Made by a program: the position numbers and the translations under genes. Under the pieces are notes generated by a model. That model saw nothing but the letters and a program-made list of their open reading frames with translations, ran no database searches and had not been told where the DNA came from. This document shows, one piece after another, positions 39,048 to 49,876 of a stretch of 64,000 bases of DNA. Source of the stretch: a plasmid; sequence record NZ_CP024444.1. One strand, given 5' to 3'. Position 1 is the stretch's first letter. The number at the start of each line of letters is the position of its first letter.

Positions 39048-39454
39048 TAACGGTTACCTTTGTTGTCAATAGTAAGTATAAATTATAATATTTCTTAGTT
39101 ACTTACAAGCAAAGCCAGGTTCAAAAGCGACTTATTAACAAAATTTGGGTTACTAAACGTATAGTTAGATTGCTTAAATCTTACGCTGTATTAACCAATC
39201 TTTTATTTTTGTTCTAATTAAAGCTTGTGTTAAAAATATATTCATACCTTAGCAATTTTTGTTATACAATCCTTGATATAAATAGGTGTGTGAATTTTTT
39301 ATTTATAAATAGATGTGTCAATTTTTTATTCAAATAACATAGTGGTAAACCATTATTCTTCATCAACCCAATGCCACTTGCTTATAGCAAACGCAATTGG
39401 GATTTTTTATACAAAAAACACATTAAAAAAAGCGACTGATTTTAGGGTTTTAAG

Positions 39455-39865
39455 ATGCTTGTAGTAAATCAAAACAGATTGTCGGCTCGGTTATCGCTGA
39501 CAACTTCGTTGTTTTTTGGCTCAATAAGTGCTGGCGGTACCTGTGAAAATGATTATATCGTTCATAGGCAATCACAAGACGGTCATCAGGATTTGACTTT
39601 GTCGCCAGTTAACTCGAAGGACGGTAGCTATGTATTTACCCAAAATATCGCAGGCACCAATCACACTGGTCGCCCTTTTGACCCCACTGGTCGCGCTTTT
39701 GACCCCATTTTACTAAAACAAGTGAATAATACACGGGTTTTAAACTTACTAGAGGGCAAAGGGGCTTGCACCAAGCAGGACGCTATACCATCAAACTATG
39801 CCGAGAAATTTCGGGAATTGGAAAAATTAGGTTCTTGCAATATTAAGTCATTTGGCACTCATTAA
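39455..39865 (+). CDS. hypothetical exported protein
   Basis: Signal-like N-terminus LSLTTSLFFGSISAGG. Contains a tandem repeat GRPFDPTGRAFDP. Confidence 0.35.
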   Translation: MLVVNQNRLSARLSLTTSLFFGSISAGGTCENDYIVHRQSQDGHQDLTLSPVNSKDGSYVFTQNIAGTNHTGRPFDPTGRAFDPILLKQVNNTRVLNLLEGKGACTKQDAIPSNYAEKFRELEKLGSCNIKSFGTH

Positions 39866-40108
39866 CCGTATCGCAATCAACAATCACTAATTTTATTTAA
39901 TTAAACTTAATGATTGTGCTATTAGATAAACAAAATATAAACTGTTAAAATGGTCGTTTTTTTGTTAAAGCTTATCGCTTTAAATGGCTGAAAGCTTTAT
40001 AGAATGGGCAAAACAGTGTTATATTGTGGTATCCAACTTAATTGGATAATACGCCTAGATTTTTTAGGGTATTTTAATTCTTAGCACATCAAGGTAAAAG
40101 GTAGCGTC

Positions 40109-42376
40109 ATGAGTACAGCAAACCAGTTATACAACCGCACCGTTGCCAAAAATACAACATTAGCGAAACGCCACTCCCATCAAAAGGGATATAACCACGA
40201 ACGATTGGCAATTCAAGCCCAAGAGTACGGTTATGATGTTAATGAAAATGGTCAACTTAAATACTATGTGGTCGGCACAGTTTTAAATTCAAGTGCCGAA
40301 AAAGAAGGACAGCTCACCAAAGACACAGCAAAAGTTTATTTGCGCAATGTCGATGAAGAGGTTGAATTTCGTCAAAAAACCAATAAACGCGACCCTAATC
40401 AGTTACGTGATACCACGGCGCGTTTTTTTAGAAACCGTGACATCAATGGTTCCTTGCAACGCCTTGCCGAGCAAAACGCTGAAATCTTGGTTTTTGATTA
40501 TCCCCGTGTTGAACAAGAGCAATTGTTTGTTGATGCCGATGGCAATAACAACAAGTTATTAACCGTGTCTGCAAAAACCGTTAAAAGCCGTCTTTATCAG
40601 CCCACCCAAGAAAAACGTCAACAACAGCAGCTAGACCGCATTCAAATTGCGGTTGAAGGGATGGCGAATATTGCCCTTAGCATGAATGCTAACAACGTGC
40701 CAAGAGCGCGTGTTGAGTTAATTGAAGGGGTTGATAGTATCGATATTCAGCCAAAGCAATACGATGAAAGAGGCAAAGTCGATACCAATTTTGCGGTCAC
40801 ACGCGAAAAGGTGGTTGGCTTATTTCGTCACGCCCTATCAGACAAAGAAACCCAAAATTACTTAATTCCTAACCAGTTTACACCTGTTGATAAAAACGGG
40901 GTTCAGTCGGTTCACAATGATGCTGAACGTACTGGCATGATGGTCATGGTATTAAAAGAAAACAACATCCAAGCCGATGGCACCGTCACACGCGACCCAT
41001 TGGACTTTACGGTTAAGATTTTCCCCGAACGTAAACCTAAATTTAAAGGTCGTGATAAAACAGGTCAAAGCGCATTTGTCAGCACGCCTGACGATCCGCT
41101 TGAAACCTTGACTAAAATCATGTCTTGCCAAGACAAACCCACCTTAGACTACGTTGCCTACCCCACTGACTCAAATTTTGAGCGTGCGTTTGCTCAAGAC
41201 GTCGCTCGCGTGGTATTAGGTCATGTGGCTGGTTATGCTACCGATGAAATCTACAACTCAAAAGGTCCTAATGTTGATTACGTGACTAGCCGAAACCCAG
41301 CGGCTAAAGCGACTTTGTCTGACTTGGCTAAAAAGCTTCAAGAAGGCAATGTATCAGTGGATTTAATTTCAGGTCGTAAATTCGATTTGTATTTACACGC
41401 CCAAGATTACATCACTGACCATTTAAAGCCTGCCTATTTTGAAGCTTACCCTGATTTAAAAACCAACCATGATTTATCAACCAAAAAACCTGATACGTCA
41501 TTGGCAGGCTATACCGTGTTTAGTAAAAACCAAAGTGGTGAATACGAATACACTGAAGCCCGTCACAAATTTGCACCAACCTTATTATTGCTCTCACCCA
41601 TTACCCAAGAACGTGATGCCAATAATGAAAAATTAACTGCCTCACCAGGTACGTTGTTGGTACAAGACGCTTTTTCAATAAATTTACGCGGTCCTCGCCC
41701 TGACGAGTCATGCTACTACGAAGAGATTGCTGAATTTATTCAGCAAAATCCACACAATCTAGCTACTCGTGGTCGTGTGTCTTATATGGACCCAAGCCAC
41801 CCCGGACCAAACCCCATGTTGGTCAATAAAGCGATTATGCAATATTTAAACGAAAATCCCTTGCATAAGTCTGCCGATGCTGCAGAACAGGCTTTTGAAC
41901 AGCGTAAACAACAAGAACAGGTTCATGAAGTGGCACCTGTAAGCCCAACTACCAATGCACCAATGACTACCGCCCCAATCACGCCTGCGCCTGACCGTGA
42001 AACTACCTTTAATCACTTAAACAACTTGTTTGAGCAGATTGATAAAAAACAGACCACTGCCAATGATGTGGCGCAAGAGGCAACCTCTACTAGCACGGCA
42101 GTTGGCGAGGCGGTGGTTTCGCACCCAAAGCCCAAACCCGATATCAAAACATCCCTACAAGGCTTGCTTAAAGATATCAAGGCGCAAAAAGACCGAGCCA
42201 CGGTATTGTCTGAAAACGTCGGTGAGCTGATCCAAAAAGAACAGCAACACAACGAGCATTACAATACCAATTCAATCCGTGATGTAACAGCGACTAAGCC
42301 AAACACGCCAGCTGTTACCCATGAGCAAAACGTCGACGTCCCGTATACTATGCCAACGAGCGACCTTGAGCCTTAA
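40109..42376 (+). CDS. hypothetical 755-aa protein, gene 1 of the large unknown operon
   Basis: No TM, no Walker or other catalytic motifs seen. Gln/Asn/Thr-rich. Confidence 0.5.
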   Translation: MSTANQLYNRTVAKNTTLAKRHSHQKGYNHERLAIQAQEYGYDVNENGQLKYYVVGTVLNSSAEKEGQLTKDTAKVYLRNVDEEVEFRQKTNKRDPNQLRDTTARFFRNRDINGSLQRLAEQNAEILVFDYPRVEQEQLFVDADGNNNKLLTVSAKTVKSRLYQPTQEKRQQQQLDRIQIAVEGMANIALSMNANNVPRARVELIEGVDSIDIQPKQYDERGKVDTNFAVTREKVVGLFRHALSDKETQNYLIPNQFTPVDKNGVQSVHNDAERTGMMVMVLKENNIQADGTVTRDPLDFTVKIFPERKPKFKGRDKTGQSAFVSTPDDPLETLTKIMSCQDKPTLDYVAYPTDSNFERAFAQDVARVVLGHVAGYATDEIYNSKGPNVDYVTSRNPAAKATLSDLAKKLQEGNVSVDLISGRKFDLYLHAQDYITDHLKPAYFEAYPDLKTNHDLSTKKPDTSLAGYTVFSKNQSGEYEYTEARHKFAPTLLLLSPITQERDANNEKLTASPGTLLVQDAFSINLRGPRPDESCYYEEIAEFIQQNPHNLATRGRVSYMDPSHPGPNPMLVNKAIMQYLNENPLHKSADAAEQAFEQRKQQEQVHEVAPVSPTTNAPMTTAPITPAPDRETTFNHLNNLFEQIDKKQTTANDVAQEATSTSTAVGEAVVSHPKPKPDIKTSLQGLLKDIKAQKDRATVLSENVGELIQKEQQHNEHYNTNSIRDVTATKPNTPAVTHEQNVDVPYTMPTSDLEP

Positions 42377-42387
42377 TATATTGTGAC

Positions 42388-42422
42388 ACCAATGGCTATT
42401 AGTTCCCTCTAATAGCCATTTT
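42388..42422 (+). terminator. perfect 12-bp hairpin after gene 1 (attenuator/terminator-like, weak T-run)
   Basis: AATGGCTATTAG-ttccctc-CTAATAGCCATT. Confidence 0.35.
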
Positions 42423-42455
42423 CCACACACAATAACCACGAATTGAATTTAGGTT

Positions 42456-45182
42456 ATGCTTATGACGCAATCATCAACGACTGCGACGCTAAACCAGCCC
42501 ATCAATTGGCCTGCATTGGATATGTACGGCATCTATATCATGATGCGTTCATTTTCCAATGAATACGGCTTTTATCATGACGAGAATGATCTAAACGATA
42601 AACAAGTCATGACTTTGTTGGTGCTTGATACCAAGCGTGTAATACAACCGCAGTATTTAAAAATCACCCAATTGCATCCCTTGTACATTCCAAGCGATGC
42701 AAGCTTGCCAGCCTTGTATGTGTTTTACCAAACCGAGCAAGGTCTTAATACCGACTATGAATTTAGTCCCAATAAGCTATTAAAATACTTACGCATTGCT
42801 GATAGTGTGCCGTTTAAAACCACCACCAAACGCCAAGAGATACAGCTGTTTAAACAAAAGCTGTTACCGATACGCACCTTTGTCAAAAATCGCTTGGAAA
42901 GTTCAGTGTTACTGGCATTTAACCATCGAGGTGAGGCGGTCTACCAATCAACCTTTGGACGCTTTTATCAAGCCTGTGACAATGACAAGTTGCAACGTCA
43001 TGCTGCAACCGATGCCAATGCTGACTTTTTGTATGCCATTAACGCTAGGCTTAACAAGACCAACAAAATCAATGAGAGCGCACTGCAGCTGTGTGCTTAT
43101 GCTTATTTAAGCTATAACCCAACTTTGCATAGCAAACAAGGCTTTCAGCGGTTTTGTGAGATTATATTTTCAAGCTTCAAGTTGCCAAGTGTTTATAAAA
43201 CCCACGCTGATATCGCTGGCGTGATTGTTGAAAATTTAAACCAACCGCCGTTGCAATTTTCTAACATCCCGTTAGAGTACGTTGAAGCTTTCCATCAAGC
43301 GGTGCTATTTGAGCAGTTTAAACTTGCTTTAGCTGCCATCGATGAACAAGCCCATCCAGCGCGACTGTCGTATCGTTTATTTAGACAGTTATTGTCGAAT
43401 AACGAGCACTTTGCCAATCATTATGATTTTACCCAAATCAACTACCAACGTGCCTCTCTACCCATGCCAATGGCTTATTTGTTGGGTCATTTATTGCATG
43501 CTGACTATGAGCAAGTCAGTAGCAACCCCACCAAGCCTGCCTTGTACTCACCCTCTTGTTTAAATGGCTCGTTATTACTGATATCGATACTCGCCTGTGA
43601 CAACCTGTTTTTAAATGAGCCTGATATCAGTTACGGACAATCACTAAGGGGGCTTAATCAATTAGCGCATAAGCCCAAAGTGCATATCAGCCATGACCCA
43701 TTTGAGCGTTTGCGTGGCTTATTAAGTGATGATAAGCCAGCCTACAGCTCGGCAATTTTGCCATCCGGTCACGCCCTATTTAATGAAGTTATCCCGTTTG
43801 TTGATGCAACGGACAACTATCACCTAAATATTAGTACCACGCGCTTAGACCAGCAATATGCCATTAACTGCCTAACCCAGCGTGATCCAAACGGGCGTAC
43901 TGTGCTAGTCGGTCCGGTAGACGATAATCGCGATGCCGGGCGCATAAATGATAGTTCAGTGGCGTTTTTAAGGTTTCTACAGGCTTATTATCAAGACGTT
44001 ACTGTGGTGGATATTGCCGCCTCTATGCTGGCATCAACGGGCTTTAACACGCCCATACGGTTATATGTTATTGGGCAGGCAAAAACCAAACCTTATTCGC
44101 TACAAGAGCTTAAACAGCGTTGTTATCACATCGATGCCTTATTGCAATTACCCGTTATTCAAAGCTACTATCAATTATTTGATTTAACAGGTGCCTTACT
44201 TGCGATTGAAAAAAATAAACGCAATCCGCTTGAGCTTGCCATGCAAATAAGCCAGCTTACCCATTTAGATGCCACCGTCCCATTAAATCTAGCCTACGAT
44301 AAACAATGGCTTGAGCAAGTATTGGTGAATGACACCACCCAAGTAGCACTGCCAACCACCAGCAACCTTGCCAGCCAAACCGCAACCTCGGGTAGTACCA
44401 ATAAATTAGTGGACTTGCTAAAATCCAATAGTAAATTAACCCCAACGACCGAAGACGCAACGGCTAAAAAAGCAGACGGTGAAACCGACCCACCCATCCC
44501 TGAACTTACGCCACCGCACGAACATGCCACGCATAAACCTGTTGTGGCAGATGACGAGTTGACAAAGCAGCCTGATACACCCGTTAGCACCGATAGCGAC
44601 AAGTCTGAAGGTGACGATAACAATACTGACAATCCAGTACAGACGACTGACGCCACAACCAAAAAAGGCACCAAAAAATCTACCCGTGGCGGCACTTCGC
44701 GCAAAAAAGCGGTGGCAACTACCGATGAAGCGGTTAGCGAAAACACGCCTAGTGACAACACAGTTAGTGATGCAATAACCAATGAGGATAAATCGAGTGA
44801 CGAAACAGCCAATGATGATGATAAAGCGGCATTGGTGGCAGATGCCTCACTGATTTCAGCGACGGACAATGCCGATGAAACCGACGCAGCGGATAAAACA
44901 CGCGATGACAAGGCGCAATCTGACACACCGAACGAACAGCCAGCGCAAGCGCAGGATGGTTTTGAAGACGATAACACCGATGAACTTGTAATAAGTGCTG
45001 AATTAAACGATGAAAGCGATAGAGCTGCGCAAGATAAACTCGCGCATCTTGTCGAAATCGATGAAGATGAATTTACTAAACCCGATCTAAAAGAATTGAC
45101 TGGCGATGATGATTTTTTACAAAGTGTCGACGATGATGAACTTAGCCTAGATGATATCGATTTTTCGGGTTTACTTGACTAG
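42456..45182 (+). CDS. hypothetical 908-aa protein with a ~250-aa highly acidic Asp/Glu/Thr-rich C-terminal tail
   Basis: The C-terminus ends ...DDDELSLDDIDFSGLLD. The N-terminal 600 aa have no recognisable motif. Confidence 0.5.
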   Translation: MLMTQSSTTATLNQPINWPALDMYGIYIMMRSFSNEYGFYHDENDLNDKQVMTLLVLDTKRVIQPQYLKITQLHPLYIPSDASLPALYVFYQTEQGLNTDYEFSPNKLLKYLRIADSVPFKTTTKRQEIQLFKQKLLPIRTFVKNRLESSVLLAFNHRGEAVYQSTFGRFYQACDNDKLQRHAATDANADFLYAINARLNKTNKINESALQLCAYAYLSYNPTLHSKQGFQRFCEIIFSSFKLPSVYKTHADIAGVIVENLNQPPLQFSNIPLEYVEAFHQAVLFEQFKLALAAIDEQAHPARLSYRLFRQLLSNNEHFANHYDFTQINYQRASLPMPMAYLLGHLLHADYEQVSSNPTKPALYSPSCLNGSLLLISILACDNLFLNEPDISYGQSLRGLNQLAHKPKVHISHDPFERLRGLLSDDKPAYSSAILPSGHALFNEVIPFVDATDNYHLNISTTRLDQQYAINCLTQRDPNGRTVLVGPVDDNRDAGRINDSSVAFLRFLQAYYQDVTVVDIAASMLASTGFNTPIRLYVIGQAKTKPYSLQELKQRCYHIDALLQLPVIQSYYQLFDLTGALLAIEKNKRNPLELAMQISQLTHLDATVPLNLAYDKQWLEQVLVNDTTQVALPTTSNLASQTATSGSTNKLVDLLKSNSKLTPTTEDATAKKADGETDPPIPELTPPHEHATHKPVVADDELTKQPDTPVSTDSDKSEGDDNNTDNPVQTTDATTKKGTKKSTRGGTSRKKAVATTDEAVSENTPSDNTVSDAITNEDKSSDETANDDDKAALVADASLISATDNADETDAADKTRDDKAQSDTPNEQPAQAQDGFEDDNTDELVISAELNDESDRAAQDKLAHLVEIDEDEFTKPDLKELTGDDDFLQSVDDDELSLDDIDFSGLLD

Positions 45183-45242
45183 GCATAACCTAGTAATAAC
45201 CACGCCCACGTAGGTAATGATGGGCATTTTAAGAGATAGCGA

Positions 45243-48200
45243 ATGACAACAACGACACCAACCACTGCATTGGTGACCGCTAACGCATTTGATGCTGGCG
45301 TGTTTTTAGACCAAAGCACCACAAGCCCAACGTACCATTGGGTATCACCGCATGCCTCCGCCAAACTTACCCAAGCCATTATTACGGCTCAAAATGAATA
45401 TTATCTTGCCCATAAAGATGACGTGATAGACCCACGCCAGTTAAGCCAGCAGCGTCCCTTGCTTGCCGTGGAAAGTTTGCTGATATGTGCTGTGATATCA
45501 GATAGTCTTGATAACAACGGCAAGTTTGAAATCATCCGTTTGTTTGACTATCAAAACATCATGGATTGTTTAGTGGCTATCACTGAAATTTTCTCGGCGA
45601 CGCCCTATGTGTTGTCATTGTTTAGCTTGCACAACCAAGCTGCCCAGCGCACCACCGAGCAGCTCATTGACCTAATTGAAGCCGCTGAAATCGATCTTGC
45701 CTATCAATTAAAAAAATTTAAGCACCGACAAGACGATGCCTTTGGTGTCACTAAACTATGGCAATTGATTGGCTATATTGTTCAGCAGCTTGCCCATCAT
45801 CAGCGGTTAACTGCCATCCGTTATAGTGAAACCAACCCACTGTTAGCCGAGCAAACCCTTGCCGTGTTTGAATGGTACCAAGCCATTGGTGATGATTTTC
45901 ATGACAATACCATTGCGTTTTTAACCGATTACCGCCAACAAACCCAAGGTATTGCCTTAACCAAGCAACAGGTCAGCCAATTAACCCAATTCCAAAATCA
46001 ACGCCTAACCGAGTTATTAGGACCGCCTAAATTAAGTGAGCAACAGCAGTTACGCGAAGACATGGCAATCCAATACAGCAACCATCAACTGCAACACACA
46101 GAAGGTTATACAGGGGCTTATCTTGAGCAAGATGATAGTTATCCAATGGAACGCTATACCACCCATTCTCGCTTAAATGAGAGCCATTCAGTATTGCCAC
46201 AGCTGTATAAAGAACCACAGGAGGTAATGCTTGAGCGTATCGAGAATGCCTTACAAAGCCGCCTAACCACGCCTGTCAATTCACGCCAATTTGCAAGCAT
46301 ACTTGATGGGTGTGTGGCTATGCGATTAGGTAAAGATAGTAACCAATCGCTACTAGCCCACGGCTATCATGCCTCATTGATGGATGCGCTGGGTGTATTG
46401 AGCTACCTAATTGATGCCCCCGATACCAAACATGGTTTATGGGTGTTAGATGACGTGTCGTTACAAAACCAAGTGATTGCCAATGCCATTTATTTAGGGC
46501 TAAAAAAGCACACTAAGTTGTCACTGCACCTGCCATCACAAGCCGCCTTTGACCCGATTATCACAAGCTATCACGCTTTTTTTGGTAAAGTCGACTTTAC
46601 GCATGCTTGGCATGATGAATTTTACTATGTCAGTATTGAGCGCACCGCCCATATCACGCCTACCAAGCCTAGCATCACGCCAGTCTTTACCCGGCATGAT
46701 AACGATGAATGGGCTGGCTTGATTGTAGAAAATAGTAAAAATGTAACGCGAGCACCGTTACTGCCAAAAACCAAAGTCGATCAAGCCATTGATTGGTTAG
46801 TGGGTAATTTTGCCAGTAAAGACGCACCGCCAGACCTTGACCCGGTGATTGATATGCCACCACTTTGTTTGGTGGTATTGACCAATCCGTCAAGCACACA
46901 AGATGGCTATCAAGCTTTGCTTGCCCAGCTAATGACCGCGCTTAGTTACCCATTGCCACAAACCTTTGTGATTGCCAGTCGCATTGCCCATATCGATCCG
47001 GTATTGGGACTATTACTATCGACCGACGAGCTTGCCCAAACCCAAAAACGCCAAGCGATACTGACCAAACGCCCGTGGCTGCGTAGCCAAGCCTTATTAA
47101 GCCTTTATCAAGATAACCGCCTGTTTGTCCTGCAGCATAAACAAGCACCGATTAACCTTGTCAGCTTTGCAACCAACCATCAACAGACCGCCAGTCATTT
47201 AGCCACCAACCTGTTTAGTAGCATTGCTGAAATGATGGGGCAACTTCAGTTATTGTGTCGCCAAATTGCCATTATCACCAGTTTTCACACCCAACAGCAT
47301 TGTCATTCCGTGTTTGCAAGCCTGCCAATCGCCAAAGTATTATCCATTATTGAGCCTAACTTAAACCTGGCAGCGTTGTTAAAACAAACCTTGGATATGC
47401 TCGCCAATGGCCAGCTACCCTATATTGTAGTGACTGACTCTGCACCACTGCTTGACTTATATGTTCGCGTCAAAACCTTTGAGCATTACAACTTTGATGC
47501 CACCGCCCCAGCGACTCAAATTGACAATTATATCAATCAAGCGGTTCCGGTGAATTTTCCGACCGTGCGTGAATTGTTGTTGCTATTGGTCAATACCCTA
47601 CCTTTGATGTTTTATCACAAAAACGACAAAGTCCACTACATTGATGTCGCGAATAAAGATAATATTGAGCTTATGTCGCTTGAAGACTATTATCACACCT
47701 TAAGCGTATTAACCCAACAGCTCACCCAATTGCTTCAAGAACCATCTTTGCCCGACATTCCGCTGTTACCAGCGCATGCCATTAACTTTCAAATGTCACG
47801 TTATGGCTATCGGTTTTTGCAAGTCGACAAGCTTAATTTTACGTTGACTCCCAACAATCTATCAGCTGATAGCAAATGGTCAGTACAGCGCACCACACCC
47901 ACCACCCTAGCCCTGAATGCCGATGCCATTAACATCGGTGAATTTGATGGCGTGATTGTGGAGGAAAACTGCTTGATTGATAGCTATTTCACCAAACCTT
48001 CGCTAAATCGCTTGTATCAAATATTGCTGCCGCAAAGCTTAAACCAGCTAGAGAGTTATCGGCTATTGGGTCAGTTTCAAAATCCCAACCCACTGGCGGT
48101 TTATCACTACTTTTCGCACACGCCAGTCAAGGCGTTACTGCAAGCTTACTTAACCGCCAAGTCAAAAACCCAATCAACTTTTACGATGCCACACACCGAC

Positions 48201-49739
48201 GGGGATAGGCGTTTTATTATTCAGCATGTGCAGTCGGCTTTAAGCATTGATTATCTAACTACCCAAATCAACCTATATAAAATCTCACCCGTTAAGCCAC
48301 CTGTGTCTGTGTATCAAGCATTTATTTCGCTATCCACCTTATCGATTACCCAACAAACCACGATTTTGGATAACTGGTATCAGTTTTTGCAAGTGGGTAT
48401 TCAGCAAATACCTTATCAGCCACAGCGATTGGTTTACGATTTACATGCCGTGTTTACCCACCGCCAAAGCTTAGAAAAACCTTTTGGCCACATGGACAAT
48501 CATGAGTTGTTTTTTAAGCTTGATTACACGCCAATCAGTGCATCCGATATCATGGCAAAAACCCTGCATTATCTTGATGAAAATATCGAGCAGATCACCC
48601 AAATGGTTAAACAGCATATTCACTATGAAGACTGGCTGGCAAGCTATGGTAATCAAAACACCAACCCTGAAGCGATGTATTTTTTAGAATTGTCAGAATT
48701 TGAGCAACTGCTGTATATTTATAAAAAACGCATTGCCAATTTACCGTATCGCGGCATGGCAGCCGCCTTGTTGACTGCGATTGAACAGTTGCCAAGCCAT
48801 GTACGCAGTCAGTTAAATAGCTTGCCTGATTTTAAACAGGCCATGCATGGTATGTTCGACAACCCAAATGCCGTGCCTTTTTTGGTGAATTTATTGGATG
48901 AACATTTAACAGGTTTTGAGCATACCACCGCACTACGCTGGCAAGTTGATAGCTATGTACTGTTGTCAATGCATCTACAAAACATTGAACAGTATCATGC
49001 CTATAAGCAGCATAACCCTAACAAGCCAGTGGACGCGAATTTAAACCTATGGGTGACCGCTACCCAGCTGACACCAAGCCAGCCATACCAGCAAGCCATT
49101 ATCGAACATCGTCAAAACCCGTATGATGGCTTAACAGCCCATCCATTACTAGCCAAGTTGTCCCATGCCAAAGCCAATTTACTAAAATCGGCACTACGAA
49201 ACCATGTCATCTTTACAGTAGGTTATAAGCTACCATCGATGGACATCACCTGTTTTAGCCCAACAAGCATGACTAGCTATCTTGCTTTTGTGGGTCAAGA
49301 CCAACAAGAACCCGATGTGATTAGTGATATTCGTCATTTATGCCAAAAAAGTGATGAAGAGCAATTTACCTATCAACAAAGCTTATTAACCCTGCAATAT
49401 GCCAACAAGCAAAATACCCAAGATGCGTTGGCGTGTGTGCATGAGGGTATCAATTTTGCACCGACTGACCCATTAACTTTGGTAGCCACCAACCAATATG
49501 AATTAGGTTTCCCAGCATCTTTATTCCACGGTGAGCCCATAAACACCAAGCAGCTAACCCACGCGTTTGCTGGATATAGCCCTTATCATGGCTTGGTTAA
49601 TCTTTGGGTCAGTATAGCCGACTTGCCCACCATGCTATCGCAATACCCATTAGATGATGAAGTGCTCACAGACCCATTGGCGGAATTTAATTTCACCAAC
49701 CTAGAGGGACAACCGTTTTATGCATGGCGAGCATGGTAA
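45243..49739 (+). CDS. hypothetical 1498-aa protein
   Basis: One uninterrupted ORF. No TM or nucleotide-binding motif seen. Its ATG lies inside a partial copy of the recurrent motif (GATAGCGAATGAC). Confidence 0.5.
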   Translation: MTTTTPTTALVTANAFDAGVFLDQSTTSPTYHWVSPHASAKLTQAIITAQNEYYLAHKDDVIDPRQLSQQRPLLAVESLLICAVISDSLDNNGKFEIIRLFDYQNIMDCLVAITEIFSATPYVLSLFSLHNQAAQRTTEQLIDLIEAAEIDLAYQLKKFKHRQDDAFGVTKLWQLIGYIVQQLAHHQRLTAIRYSETNPLLAEQTLAVFEWYQAIGDDFHDNTIAFLTDYRQQTQGIALTKQQVSQLTQFQNQRLTELLGPPKLSEQQQLREDMAIQYSNHQLQHTEGYTGAYLEQDDSYPMERYTTHSRLNESHSVLPQLYKEPQEVMLERIENALQSRLTTPVNSRQFASILDGCVAMRLGKDSNQSLLAHGYHASLMDALGVLSYLIDAPDTKHGLWVLDDVSLQNQVIANAIYLGLKKHTKLSLHLPSQAAFDPIITSYHAFFGKVDFTHAWHDEFYYVSIERTAHITPTKPSITPVFTRHDNDEWAGLIVENSKNVTRAPLLPKTKVDQAIDWLVGNFASKDAPPDLDPVIDMPPLCLVVLTNPSSTQDGYQALLAQLMTALSYPLPQTFVIASRIAHIDPVLGLLLSTDELAQTQKRQAILTKRPWLRSQALLSLYQDNRLFVLQHKQAPINLVSFATNHQQTASHLATNLFSSIAEMMGQLQLLCRQIAIITSFHTQQHCHSVFASLPIAKVLSIIEPNLNLAALLKQTLDMLANGQLPYIVVTDSAPLLDLYVRVKTFEHYNFDATAPATQIDNYINQAVPVNFPTVRELLLLLVNTLPLMFYHKNDKVHYIDVANKDNIELMSLEDYYHTLSVLTQQLTQLLQEPSLPDIPLLPAHAINFQMSRYGYRFLQVDKLNFTLTPNNLSADSKWSVQRTTPTTLALNADAINIGEFDGVIVEENCLIDSYFTKPSLNRLYQILLPQSLNQLESYRLLGQFQNPNPLAVYHYFSHTPVKALLQAYLTAKSKTQSTFTMPHTDGDRRFIIQHVQSALSIDYLTTQINLYKISPVKPPVSVYQAFISLSTLSITQQTTILDNWYQFLQVGIQQIPYQPQRLVYDLHAVFTHRQSLEKPFGHMDNHELFFKLDYTPISASDIMAKTLHYLDENIEQITQMVKQHIHYEDWLASYGNQNTNPEAMYFLELSEFEQLLYIYKKRIANLPYRGMAAALLTAIEQLPSHVRSQLNSLPDFKQAMHGMFDNPNAVPFLVNLLDEHLTGFEHTTALRWQVDSYVLLSMHLQNIEQYHAYKQHNPNKPVDANLNLWVTATQLTPSQPYQQAIIEHRQNPYDGLTAHPLLAKLSHAKANLLKSALRNHVIFTVGYKLPSMDITCFSPTSMTSYLAFVGQDQQEPDVISDIRHLCQKSDEEQFTYQQSLLTLQYANKQNTQDALACVHEGINFAPTDPLTLVATNQYELGFPASLFHGEPINTKQLTHAFAGYSPYHGLVNLWVSIADLPTMLSQYPLDDEVLTDPLAEFNFTNLEGQPFYAWRAW

Positions 49740-49855
49740 AAAATAAGCAAATATATGTTTGAAATTTAGGATATTTTACTCTATTGTTAACTGCGTATAG
49801 TTTGGGGTTTTAGGCAAAATTCCAACTCAAACTTAATCGCATCACAGCGATTACC

Positions 49856-49876
49856 TTAATTATTAGCGAATGATAA
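49856..49876 (+). promoter_or_regulatory. copy of the recurrent motif (TTAATTATTAGCGAATGATAA)
   Basis: Seen in sequence. The ORF-track ATG at 49870 is inside the motif; the ATG at 49888 (MANNTPP) is the more likely start. Confidence 0.5.

Noticed and set aside
44294-44977. 227-aa minus-strand ORF (Ser/Ala/Val-rich) and several 60-127-aa minus-strand ORFs inside the giant + strand genes (for example 50754-51137 and 51774-52196).
   Set aside because: They lie antisense to long, clearly coding + strand ORFs. Their composition is low-complexity and reflects the sense-strand codon bias.
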